A stretch of DNA of 64,000 nt from Octopus vulgaris (taxonomy: Eukaryota). Under the pieces are notes generated by a model that saw only the letters and a program-made list of their open reading frames with translations, searched no databases and was not told the DNA's origin. The translations under genes and the position numbers were made by a program. Below, one piece after another: positions 27,379-39,719 of the stretch; position 1 is the first letter of the stretch; each line of letters opens with the position of its first letter. Location: the NCBI GenBank assembly GCA_951406725.2, contig OX597821.1:54932001-54996000 (forward strand), read 5' to 3'.

Positions 27379-29395
27379 ATCATCATCATCATTTAACGTC
27401 CGCTTTCCATGCTAGCATGGGTTGGACGGTTCAACTGGGGTCTGGGGAGCCCGAAAGCTGCACCAGTCCAGTCAGATCTGGCAGTGTTTCTACAGCTGGA
27501 TGCCCTTCCTAACGCCAACCACTCCGAGAGTGTAGTGGGTGATTTTATGTGCCACCGACACAGGTGCCAGACGAGGCTGGCAAACGGCCACGCTCGGATG
27601 GTGTTTTTTATGTGCCACCGACACAGGTGCCAGATGAGGCTGGCAGGCGGCCACGCTCGGATGGTGTTTTTATGTGCCACCGACACAGGTGCCAGATGAG
27701 GCTGGCAAACGGCCACGATCGGATGGTGTTTGTTACGTGCCCACAGCACGGAGGCCAGTCGATGCGGTACTGGCTACGGCCACGTTCGGATGGTTTTCTT
27801 GTGTGCCACGTGCCACCGGCACTGGTACCACAAAGATACAAATTCCATTGATGTTCATCTATTTTGATTTGTTTTGATTTTTACTTGCCTCAACAGGTCT
27901 TCACAAGTGTCACAAGAAGGAAGGTATGCACAGGTGGACTGACTACGTCCCAGGTAGGGGCCACAGGTTATGGCCTGACTAGTCTTGCCGGGTCTTCGGA
28001 TGGTGTTTTTATGTGCCACCGACACAGGTGCCAGATGAGGCTGGCGAACGGCCACGATCGGATGGTGTTTGTTACGTGCCCACAGCACGGAGGCCAGTCG
28101 GTGCGGTACTGGCTACGGCCACGTTCGGATGGTTTTCTTGTGTGCCACCGGCACTGGTACCACAAAGATACAATTCCATTAATGTTCATCTATTTTGATT
28201 TGTTTTGATTTGATTTGATTTGATTTGTTTTGATTTCATTTTGATTTTCACTTGCCTCAACAGGCCTTCACAAGTATCACAAGGAGGAAGGTATGCACAG
28301 GTGGACTGACTACGTCCCAGGTAGGGGCCATGGGATATGGCCTGACTAGTCTTGCCGGGTCTTCGGATGGGGTTTTTATGTGCCACCGACACAGGTGCTA
28401 GATGAGGCTGGCGAACGGCCACGATCGGATGGTGTTTGTTATGTGCCCACAGCACGATGGCCAGTCGATGCGGTACTGACTACGGCCACGTTCGGATGGA
28501 TTTCTTGTGTGCCAGAGGCACTGGTACCACAAAGATACAAATTCCATTGATGTTCATCTATTTTGATTTGATTTGATTTGATTTTCACTTGCCTCAACAG
28601 GTCTTCACAAGTGTCACAAGAAGGAAGGTATGCACAGGTGGACTGACTAGTCTTGCCGGGTCTTCGGAAGGTGTTTTTATGTGCCACCGACACAGGTGCC
28701 AGATGAGGCTGGTGAACGGCCATGATCGGATGGTGTTTGTTACGTGCCCACAGCACGGAGGCCGGTCGATGCGGAACTGGCTACGGCCACGTTCGGATGG
28801 TTCTCTTGTGTGCCACCGGCACTGGTACCACAAAGATACAGATTCCATTGATGTTCATCTATTTTGATTTGTTTTGATTTTGATTTTCACTTGCCTCAAC
28901 AGGTCTTCACAAGTGTCACAAGAAGGAAGGTATGCACAGGTGGACTGACTACGTCCCAGGTAGGGGCCATGGGTTATGGCCTGACTAGTCTTGCCGGGTC
29001 TTCGGATGGTGTTTTTATGTGCCACTGACACAGGTGCTAGATGAGGCTGGCGAACAGCCACGATCGGATGGTGTTTGTCATGCGCCCACAGCACGGAGGC
29101 CAGTCGATGCGGAACTGGCTACGGCCCCTTTCGGATGGTTTTCTCTTGTGTGCCACCGGCACTGGTACCACAGAGATACAAATTCCATTGATGTTCATCT
29201 ATTTTGATTTGTTTTGATTTGTTGCCTCAACAGGCCTTCACAAGTATCACAAGGAGGAAGGTATGCACAGGTGGACTGACTATGTCCCAGGTAGGGGCCA
29301 TGGGTTATGGCCTGACTAGTCTTGCCGGGTCTTCGGATGGTGTTTTTATGTGCCACCGACACAGGTGCTAGATGAGGCTGGCGAACGGCCACGAT
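27379..29395 (-). repeat. RTE 3'-UTR element expanded into a tandem array (~5 units of ~300-370 bp plus ~62-bp subrepeats)
   Basis: TTGCCTCAACAGG recurs at ~27885, 28252, 28589, 28891 and 29222, each after a (GATTT)n tract. The array ends in the (CAT)n RTE tail. Confidence 0.88.
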
Positions 29396-29457
29396 ATATA
29401 TATATATACATCTACATATATATATATACATGTGTATATATATATATACATATATAC

Positions 29458-29490
<33 letters not shown>

Positions 29491-29575
29491 CACACATATA
29501 TATATATACACACATATATATATATATATACATGTATATATATATACATATATATATATATATACATATATATTC

Positions 29576-29608
<33 letters not shown>

Positions 29609-29746
29609 TATACACACATATATATACACACACACACATGTATATATTCATATATGCATACTTACACACACTTATATCTATACATAACTATACACATGCA
29701 CAAACATGTACACCCACATATACATATACACATGCATATCAATTAC

Positions 29747-30110
29747 AGCACTCGGTCAGTTATGACAACGAGGGTTCCAGTTGATCCAATCAATGGAACA
29801 GCCGGCTCATGAAATTAACGTGCAAGTGGTTGAGCACTCCACAGACATGTGTACACTTCTCAGGGAGATTCAGCGTGACACAGAGTGTGACAAGGCTAGC
29901 CCTTCGAAATTCAGGTACAACAGAAACAGGAAGAAAGGGTGAAGGAAAGTTGTGGTGAAAGAGTACAGCAGGGTTCGCCACCAAACCCTCTTGGAGCCTC
30001 ATGGAGCCTTTTCACTCAATAAGCACCCACAATGCCTGGCCTGGGAATTAAAGCTGCGATCCTATGACCGCGAATCCGCTGCCATAACCACTGGGCCATG
30101 GTTGCCTCCA
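29747..30110 (-). mobile_element. tRNA-derived SINE family C (possibly octopus OR-type)
   Basis: Minus-strand head GTGGAGGC..ATGGCCCAGTGGTTA. Same body as 38797-39175. Confidence 0.85.
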
Positions 30111-30269
30111 CATGCATATCAATACACACACATATATGTATTTATATATAGAGAGAGCAAGAGAATGATGAAGAGATAGATACACACATGTATATATGCA
30201 CACATATAAATATATATATATATAATAATATAGATATTAATTAATTAATTACTTAGTAATTACTTAGTA

Positions 30270-30798
30270 TTACTATATATATATATATATATATATAAAA
30301 CTGTAGATGTGTGAGTGTCTGGCCCCTTCGATTTAGATTCCTAACTACTCCCACATTTTGCGGTGCAGTTTAACCAAATTCGGGTATCTTATAGTCGTGA
30401 TTCATATCAAGCCCGTCTGAGTATTAGCGCGCGTCTACGATGAGTCTACGATTTTAAAAATAATTTAACATCATTTTTTATTCCATTTTAATGCATAATT
30501 TTTCGTGTGTCGATGGTGGCAGAGTTGGCGTCCATGGTCACACCTGCATCTGTTTGCTTCTCCCCCTTCTTCCCGCCCTCGTGAAGCTGTGGGGAAGGGA
30601 GTGTAAGGAAAACAACGTCGTAAAGCGTTGTCAAGGAGACCAGCGTTCTTTTAGAACAACGACTTAATGGCTTGAAGACACCAAAACAGAAATGGCTAAG
30701 AAAGCCCGAATTGGCATCTATAAGGGAAGTAACTCTCTAAAAATGCTTATATAGTTATTTCCTTTACAAACCCGAGCAACGCCGGGCGATACTGCTAG
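30270..30798 (+). mobile_element. Non-autonomous Helitron
   Basis: 5' CTATATA..TAAAA start, 3' hairpin CCCG-AGCAACGC-CGGG, then CTAG|T terminus. CpG-richer than its flanks. Confidence 0.8.
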
Positions 30799-31292
30799 TA
30801 TATATATAAAACTCTTATTCATCAAGTTTCAAATTAATATATATCTATGTCAACATCTTTAATTCTTCCTTGATCATTTACTTCTTCTACCTTCGATATG
30901 AAAACCTCTTGATCTCACTTCTATCACATCTAACTTATTGTTTATTCTACTTATCTCAAAGAACACATTAAAAATAACTATATCTGACAGTGTTGTTTAA
31001 TGTCACTGATTATGCCACTATATAGCGGTATGAATCTGGATAAAATACAGCTTGCTTCTGAAAGATATATATTGCTCATGTCCCTGTTGTTGATGATGGT
31101 GGTAATGATGATGATCATGATGATCATTATAATGATCATGATGATGACGATGACAGCACTCTCTTCTATCTGTCATTAGTGAGCTATTTCTTTTCTTGTG
31201 TTTCAGTAACTCATCATCTTTATAAAAGATACATTTCTGACAGACTTCAGTATGGAAAGGAGAAGCAAAAAAGAAATCTATAACAGAAGTAG

Positions 31293-31363
<71 letters not shown>

Positions 31364-31819
31364 CACACACACACATGCACACACACACGCACACACACAT
31401 TATTCAACGCATACGACATACGGTTTCTCTCATTCTCATTGACATTAATTTCTTGGTAAAACATCTATATTAAAGTGATTGTATATGCTTACATACATTC
31501 AGATACATATGCACGTATGAATATGTGTGTATGCATCTAACTATATATATATATATAGGAAAGAAGAGAGATAACAGATAGAGAGAGAATAAAAACATAT
31601 GTATATACAAATATTCTCAGTTGCATAAACGTATGTACACATAAAGGTAAAAATATATGTTGGTATATATGCATATTTGTCCATACACATATATACATCT
31701 ATGCATTTATATATGTGTGCGTGTGCGTGTATACATATGAGCATGAGTCAAGGAAAAGATGCACTCATATATCTGTCTGTAGAGTGGGTATATTATCCAA
31801 AATGTACAGCTTTAAATAT

Positions 31820-32885
31820 CCATAATGGCTGGTCATACTAATCGGTTTCGCATAAAGAATACAACAGAATGTTAGGTAACAAACCGATTATATAACTTTA
31901 CATTGATCAGAGTTAGCCGATATGGAAGGAAATATGGCAACTGCTCTCTATTGTCAGAGGTGAATTAGAACAACTGGTAAGTGGCTGCTGTGCAAAAAGT
32001 GGTGGAACGAAAAATTGCCAGGGGATTAGTTTAAGAATGATGTCCCTTGGTTGGATATGCTGTGAAGCCAGCAAGAGTTATCTTGAAGTGGATAAAGTGT
32101 GTATTATTAATGTGGTGCTCCTGTGAGGATAGGGTGTGCAGTATGTGTTGCAGTGTCACATGCATAAATTTTTCCAGGGGTGTAGGTATATATATAGTTG
32201 TGTTTGTTGGCCTGTTTTCTTTCTATAATGGAAAAAGTCATTGTAGGGTGGTTATGTTAGTGTGCAGTGTGTAATGTGTGTGTGTGTGGAGTCTTTGTAT
32301 ATATCGGAGTACAACTTTTGTGAAGGGGTATGTGTTGAGGGTGGTGGGAGACAGTTTATTTTGTGGGGTGTTCATCTTATAGGGTTATGCCTGTGTGTAC
32401 TTGGATGCCTTGGTGTGTGCTTTGGTCAGACACTTTTTGCCAGGATCAAGGACATTGGTGGAAGGTCAAGGCACAGGACCTGTCGTTGCAGCCATGGTGG
32501 GGCCTGCAGGTGCAATAGAATGTACTTCCTTTCATGCAGACAAGGATTAAGCATCTTACTCCTGCTATTAAGATAAAGATCTGGGTGTTGAGTACCTTTT
32601 AAAATTGCTCTCTTCTCAGCCAGGTATTTTCCCCACTTCAAGATAACTCCAGTTGGGTTCACAGCATATCCAACCAAGGCACATAACTCCTAAACTAATC
32701 CCCAGGCTCTTTTTTGTTCCACCACTTTTTTCACAGCAGCCACTGACCGGTTGTGCTAACCCACCTCTGACAATAGAGAGCAGCTAACTCTGATGAGCAT
32801 AAAGTTATATAATTGGTTTGTTACCTAACACGCTATTGTATTCTTTACAAGAAACTGATTGATAAGATCAGCTGTGATAGATATT
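31820..32885 (-). mobile_element. 5'-truncated Penelope-like element with inverted pLTR
   Basis: The minus strand reads LAEKRAIL..LNSRS.M..PCLHERKY (PLE C-terminal EK..I / LN.R.E..C.H..K motif). ~260-bp inverted repeats at 31827-32091 and 32632-32874 each carry an HHR-like core. Confidence 0.8.
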
Positions 32886-33609
32886 TAATACTATACATTT
32901 CAGATAATGTGTGTATGTGTGTGCATGCACATGAGTGTGTATGTGTGTTTATGGGTATGTATGTATGTATATATATATATATATATATATATACAACAAA
33001 ATAATATATAAACTTATGCATCTATACTTACATATATGTACATACTTACATCTATATGTATATATACATGCATATATGGGTACAGGACACCAAAAAACGT
33101 TGAACACAATGAGAAACATAAAAACAAAAACATGGAAACAGACTTTTTTTCAAACAACGAAAAGTCAGAGTAAAAGACATACAACACAAGGAATATTCCT
33201 CTTCTTCAGTTGTCCCTGTTTTGTCTACACCGCGTTTCGAATATATATATATATATATATATGCTTACAACCAATACAATGAGAGCAAAGAAGTGAAGGG
33301 TGATAATGCACAAGATGGGAAACATCTGCAAGAGCCTCTTGCTGGTTTTGGAGCAAGAAGAGAAATTAAGCTGGAGATGAGGAGGAGTTGAGGAGCGGTG
33401 ATTTGGCCACCTCTGCTGATCTACTAATGGGACGGTTTTACAGTTCAGGGTTGAAACACCTGATGAACGTTAGACACGGTCTGATGACATCAGTTTCTCC
33501 TGGCCAAAGCTCCATTCACTTTGGTGAGAGGAAAGAGCACCTCCTAAATGTTATTAACACACACATATATATATATACACACACACATACACACACACAC
33601 ACACACATA

Positions 33610-33980
33610 TCATCATCATCATCATCGTTTAATGTCCGATTTCCATGCTAGCATAGGTTGGACGATTTTGACTGAGGGCTGGCGAACCAGATGGCTGCAC
33701 CAGGCTCCAATCTCAATCTGGCAGAGTTTCTACAGCTGGATGCCCTTCCTAACGCCAACCACTCTGAGTGTGTAGTGGGTGCTTTTTACGTGCCACCGGC
33801 ATGGGGGCCAGTTAGGTGGTACTGGCAATGACCTCGCTCGAATCTTTTTACACATGCCACTGGCACAGGTTCCAGTGAAGCGACATTGGTAAGGATCACG
33901 CTCAAATGGTGCTCTTTTACGTGTCACGGGTACAGAAGCCAGTTGGCTGCTCTGGCAACGATCACACTCGAATGGTGCTC
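33610..33980 (-). mobile_element. RTE 3'-UTR copy
   Basis: (CAT)n tail and GCTGGATGCCCTTCCTAACGCCAACCAC block. Confidence 0.85.
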
Positions 33981-34503
33981 ATATGCACACAAATGCACAC
34001 ACACATACATATATATATATGTACATGTATATAATGTATGGTGAATTTATGGAATTTATGGAAAGAAGTCCAATGAAACTCATCAATTTATTTAAAAATG
34101 GAGGAGACAAGTTGTTAAAATATATGCGACGTTTAATTCTTGCAGACGATCGTTTTGTACAGAGATATAAAAATAATAATGCAAATTTAATAAAAGGATT
34201 TCATACATAAGAATGAAGTTTATTGTGAGGAGTTGGTATATAAAGGGCTGATAAACTCCATTCATATGTATAGAAATTTTTTTTTAAATACATTTCACCA
34301 TATAATGATTTCAATGGTCAGTTCATATTTTAATTCAAACCTAGGAGTTTCTTTCCATTGGACATTTCTAAGACATATTTTGCTCTATGCTACTGATTTG
34401 GAGTTAAAATTTCCAATATTCATACTCATCTATAGAGGGAATATCTCTGATACCTCTTCACTTATATTTTCAAATAACCATTATAGCCCTTAGTTATGGT
34501 TAA

Positions 34504-34724
34504 CCCTTTCGTTACCAACCCGGCCAAAACCGGCTCTGGCTCTGTAGTACAAATATCTTGTTTTCATAAGTTTTGCATCAAAATATACCACCAAACCTGA
34601 TTCGCAATTTATATTCCTAATACTAGCTTAATAATAACTAACTTATTTTACTAAATTCTTTGTTATATTTAAAATAATTGAAAGAAACACAGAGCATCTC
34701 AAAATAAATACAGTAACGCAAGGG
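34504..34724. mobile_element. piggyBac-type MITE
   Basis: TTAA|CCCTTTCGTTAC ... GTAACGCAAGGG|TTAA. Confidence 0.88.
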
Positions 34725-35246
34725 TTAAATATCCAGCATGACCCACATCTCTTTCTCACAAGAATAAAAATATGAGTATCTTAGATTCAATTTTTCTGCT
34801 ATTTTCCTTCTCAAGTTCATTGTATTTTTGCTTATACTTCCTGCACTAAAGAGTACATTGATATATCGTATTAAATCAATTTAATTTTATTTAATTCAAT
34901 CATGAATTTGCTTTATTACTTTTATATCTCTCTACAAAATGATCATCTGCAAGAATTACACTTCTTATACATTTTAACAACTTGTCTCCTCCATTTTTAA
35001 ATAAATTGATGAGCTTTGTGGGACTTCTTTCCATAAATTCATCTTACATTATATACAAGTATTACCTTCATATCTTCACAAATTTATGCCTTTAAACTAC
35101 CAGCAAAGTATGAAGAATCAACATTGGAGATCTCTTTTGGAAACCTTGAAAATTAAAGGACGAATCTACATTCAACCTTTTTACACCTATATGCATATAT
35201 ATATGTATATATATGTATATATATATATATACATATATATATATCA

Positions 35247-35533
35247 CGTGATCACGCGACCAACCAGTCCATCAGATGTAGTTACACATCGCTGGTCACA
35301 ATGCGTTCGCATTGTTTTAGACTTCGAATGACGCCACCCCGGTGGCTAAGCGAGCAGGCCAACAGAAGAAAGAGTGGTGAAAGAGTACAGCAGGGATCAC
35401 CACCCCCTGCCGGAGCCTTGTAGAGCTTTTAGGTGTTTTCGCTCAATAAACACTTACAACGCCCGGTCTGGGAATCGAAACCGCGATCCTACGGCCGCGA
35501 GTTCGCTACCCTAACCACTGGGCCATTGCGCCT

Positions 35534-35537
<4 letters not shown>
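35247..35537 (-). mobile_element. SINE family C head with an alternative tail
   Basis: Well-preserved tRNA-like head (TGGCCCAGTGG, GTTTCGATTCC). The tail differs from the 29747 and 38797 copies. Confidence 0.85.
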
Positions 35538-35597
<60 letters not shown>

Positions 35598-35615
35598 GTG
35601 TATACATATACACAC

Positions 35616-35773
35616 AGGAGTGGATGTGTGGTAAGAAGCTTGCTTCCTAACTCCTTGATTCTAGGTTTAGTCCTACTGCATGGCACCTTGGGCAAGTTTC
35701 TTTTACTATAGCCTCAGAACAGCCAAGGCTTTGTGAATGAATTTGGTAGATGAAAACTGAAAGAAGTACAAAT

Positions 35774-35813
<40 letters not shown>

Positions 35814-35995
35814 ATGTGTGTGTGTGTGTGAGTGTGTGTATGTGTGTGTGTGGGGTGGGGTGTTTTTATGATTCCCACCATCGGTTAACAACTAGTATTG
35901 TTGTCTTTAGCAGTTTAGCAAAAGAGACTGACAAATATGTACCAAACTTAAAAAGAAAAAGGAAAGAATTCTGTAATGAATTTATTTGACTAAAA
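35616..35995 (+). mobile_element. SINE family A copy (diverged)
   Basis: Head, (TG)n and 3' half present. Confidence 0.8.
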
Positions 35996-36100
35996 TTGTT
36001 CTAGGGGGTAGTTATCGTCGGGGGAAATTGTCCCATGGGGTTAGTTGTCCCAGGGGAGTAATTGTCCTGTTATGGTATGTATATACATATAGATAGATGG

Positions 36101-36131
<31 letters not shown>

Positions 36132-36173
36132 AGTTTGGTGATGCAACAGGAAAATAGAACTGAAAAGATGAGC

Positions 36174-36222
<49 letters not shown>

Positions 36223-36231
36223 CATACATAT

Positions 36232-36545
36232 ATCATCATCATCATCATCATCGTTTAACGTCCGTTTTACATGCTAGCATGGGTTGGATGGTTCAACCGG
36301 AGTCTGGGAAGCCAGGAGGCTGCACCCGGCTCCAATCTGATATGGCAGTGTTTCTACAGCTGGATGCCCTTCTTAACGCCAACCACTCTGTGACAGCACA
36401 GGGGTCAGCGGAGGCTGGCAATGGTCACGATTGGTTGGTGCACAGTAGGCAGTAAAGGTGGCGCTGGAATTGGCCATGATCAGATGGTGCTTTTTACATG
36501 CCACCGGCACAGGTATCACAGCTACAATTTCCATATGATTTTTAT
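36232..36545 (-). mobile_element. RTE 3'-UTR copy
   Basis: (CAT)n tail and CATGCTAGCATGGGTTGGA. Confidence 0.85.
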
Positions 36546-37314
36546 TTATATATTTATTTATTAGTATTTATTCATATTTATGCACAATACACACACACAC
36601 GTGTGTGTGTGTATGTATTAGACTAAAGACTAAAGGCATTCGAAAACAGATAACAGATTATTAGAAGCATAAAATTTCTGCTGTCCACGTGTATGTGTCT
36701 AAAAGTGAGCGTGTCTGTTGTGAGCATGTCTGTTGTGCGTGCGTGTTTGCAAACAAATATAAGTGTGTTGATGAACATGTTTCACAATAATGTATGGAGC
36801 TCTTTAATGTTTATACTCGTACACACACACACACACAAGCACACACGTGACTGTGTGTATATGTATGTCAATGCTTTCACTTAAGTATACTGCTTAAACT
36901 TTTATATATTCTCCTACATGCCTAAATGGCAATATAATGACATATGCATGCTAAGACCTAACTGCTTCTGTTCATGTATTGAATGTAACATTAGCAAGAT
37001 GTACACACACACACACACACACACAAATGCATGCACTAACACACATATGTAAATATATATCTACACATGTATATAACACATACACACATATATACACTTA
37101 TATGTACACACACACATACTCATATACACATGCATGCACACACACATATATATATATAAACATATACCTCCATTCATATACATGCAAATATATATATATA
37201 TATATATAATATATATATATACACACACATTCATATATATATATATATATACATCCATATACATACACACATGTACATAGATTTATATACATAAACATAT
37301 ATATGTATACATAA

Positions 37315-37345
<31 letters not shown>

Positions 37346-37816
37346 TATATATATATATACATACACATACACACATACACACATACATGCACATATACAT
37401 ATATGTACACTCATACACATATATACACACTCATGCAGAAACATTCATATGAATTACAATTCCAACTTCTCAAAGGTTTTATAGATCTAGAGTTCCAAGA
37501 CAAATATAGAACTACATTTGCAGGTATTATGGAAGATACAATTAAGATACGAAAATAGTAAATGGTGAAACAAATATTTATATACATCTTTATATAAAGA
37601 TATATATGGATATGTGTGTATATGTGTGTGTGTGTGATCGTGTGTGTTTGTATGCATATGTGTGCATATGTGTTTCTGTGTGTGTTTCTATGGATGTATA
37701 CTGCTACTCTTGTGTAAAACAAAGTGGATATATGGTACTATGTGTATACGTGTATGAGGTTGTGTATGTGGATGCACATGTTTGTGTGTATATATACATA
37801 TATACATATTCAAGTG

Positions 37817-37876
<60 letters not shown>

Positions 37877-38796
37877 CATGCCTACTATAACAAATGTAAA
37901 TATCTAATCTATATAGGGACATTAGTGGTTTTTCAAAGTAACTGGCCATATATTGTTTTCGTTGCTCTTCAAAGAAATGTTCCTATCTGATGACCTTTAC
38001 ATGTCAGGTCTGAAGTTGTGATGGCAAAGTCCCACCAATATTATTAGTATTCAGTAATAATATAGATATAATTAATGTGAGAAATACTATCTGTATTTGT
38101 CTCTGACTGGTTCTGTTAATGGATGCCATTGTATATACATCTTCAATAACAATGGCAGGATGTATAGGCAGATTCTACATATATGTGTGATGTATATATG
38201 CAAAGTTGTTATGCATATTCTTTTAATTTTAACTTTTTGAAGTCTTCCTATCAGGAAAGATTTGGTTTCTAACAAAGATACAATGCTCTATCATTGAAAT
38301 GTTAATACCAAAAACAATGTCATATGTTCAACTTGAGAAAACTCATGCATATTTTTACAGTTCCACTTACAGATTGTATTTGTCATGTGTGTTCACTGCC
38401 TGATTTCACTTTCTGAAAACACTAGCTTTTCCAGAGTGCCTCATAGGAATTACTAACAAAACTAAGTGCACTAATTTATTATTAGTATAAATGTAAATTT
38501 ATAATCTGAGTACAGAAGCTGTTGTTCATAGTAACCCTATTTCTCTTTGCATTATGAACAGAAATCGACATCAGCTGGGTGTCTGACCATTTATTAACCT
38601 TTTGAGATAAGCAGAGTACCACTGTTGACTTGAAGATTAGAAGAATTTCTAGAATGCTAGATAGGATGCCTTTCAGTGTCTCTTCCAGTACATTCTCTTC
38701 TGACATGAATAACCATAGCATCATTTGTAACTAGTTGTACTGAACCCTAATTTTCCCTTGGATAATGACACAGGGTGGAATCACTGAGCTGTCGTT

Positions 38797-39175
38797 GTGG
38801 CACTCAGTCGGTTACGACGACGAGGGTTCCTGTTGATCCAGTCAACGGAACAGCCTGCTCACAAAATTAACATGTCAGTGGCTGAGCACTCCACAGACAT
38901 GTGTACCCTTAACATAATTCTCAGGGAGATTCAGTGTGACACAGAGTGTGACAAGGCTGGCCCTTCGAAATACAGGTACAACAGAAACAAAAAGAAAGAG
39001 TGGGAGAATGTTGTGGTGGAAGAGTACAACAGAATTCGCCGCCACCCCCTGCCAGAGCCTCGTACAGCTTTAGGTGTTTTTGCTCAATAAACACTCACAA
39101 CATCTGGTCTGGGAATCGAAACCGTGATCCTACGACTGCAAGTCTGATGCCCTAACCTCTGGGCCATTGCAGCTC
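38797..39175 (-). mobile_element. SINE family C copy
   Basis: Colinear with 29747-30110. Confidence 0.85.
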
Positions 39176-39251
39176 TACACTAAGGTGCAGTGACACAATA
39201 AAATAGCTTTTATATGCATACTCAAAAATGTTTCCTATAAACGAACTTAAA

Positions 39252-39286
<35 letters not shown>

Positions 39287-39719
39287 AGAAAAAGGGATTA
39301 AAATATCCTGGCAGATATCAAATTCCTGGTAGTATCAAAAGAATTTAGTACCAATGTTCAACAATTAGACACTAGTAAATGTAAGTAGAAAACAAATCCC
39401 AGGTATATCCTCATGCATGATAGGTAAATTGAAATATCCTTTGGCAGAATTTCGAGAAATTCAGTGTATTTTGCAACAAAAAGTACGTATAGAGAAAATT
39501 ACATCTTTATTATCAATCTCACCTTATAAAACCAACAAAAGTTTCTATTGCATTAACACACACACACACACACAGAAATATATATTTATATATATATACA
39601 TACCGTACATGTATGTATGTATTAGTTTCTGTATAATATATATATCTATATAATGTATGTCTGTGTGTGTGGATTTGTATGCACACATTGAATGTATGCA
39701 CACATTACATTCAACTCAG

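Noticed and set aside
27543-29395. CRISPR-like array or hammerhead in the tandem repeat
   Set aside because: There are no unique spacers or cas genes, and the context is eukaryotic. CAGATGA and CTGTTGA lack a proper stem II/GAAA/NUH arrangement.
33460-33500. Two CTGATGA motifs close together
   Set aside because: No downstream GAAA or stems in hammerhead order, and no convincing C/D snoRNA structure.
35460-35537. tRNA gene
   Set aside because: The tRNA-like sequence continues into a repeated SINE body and lacks a clean acceptor stem.
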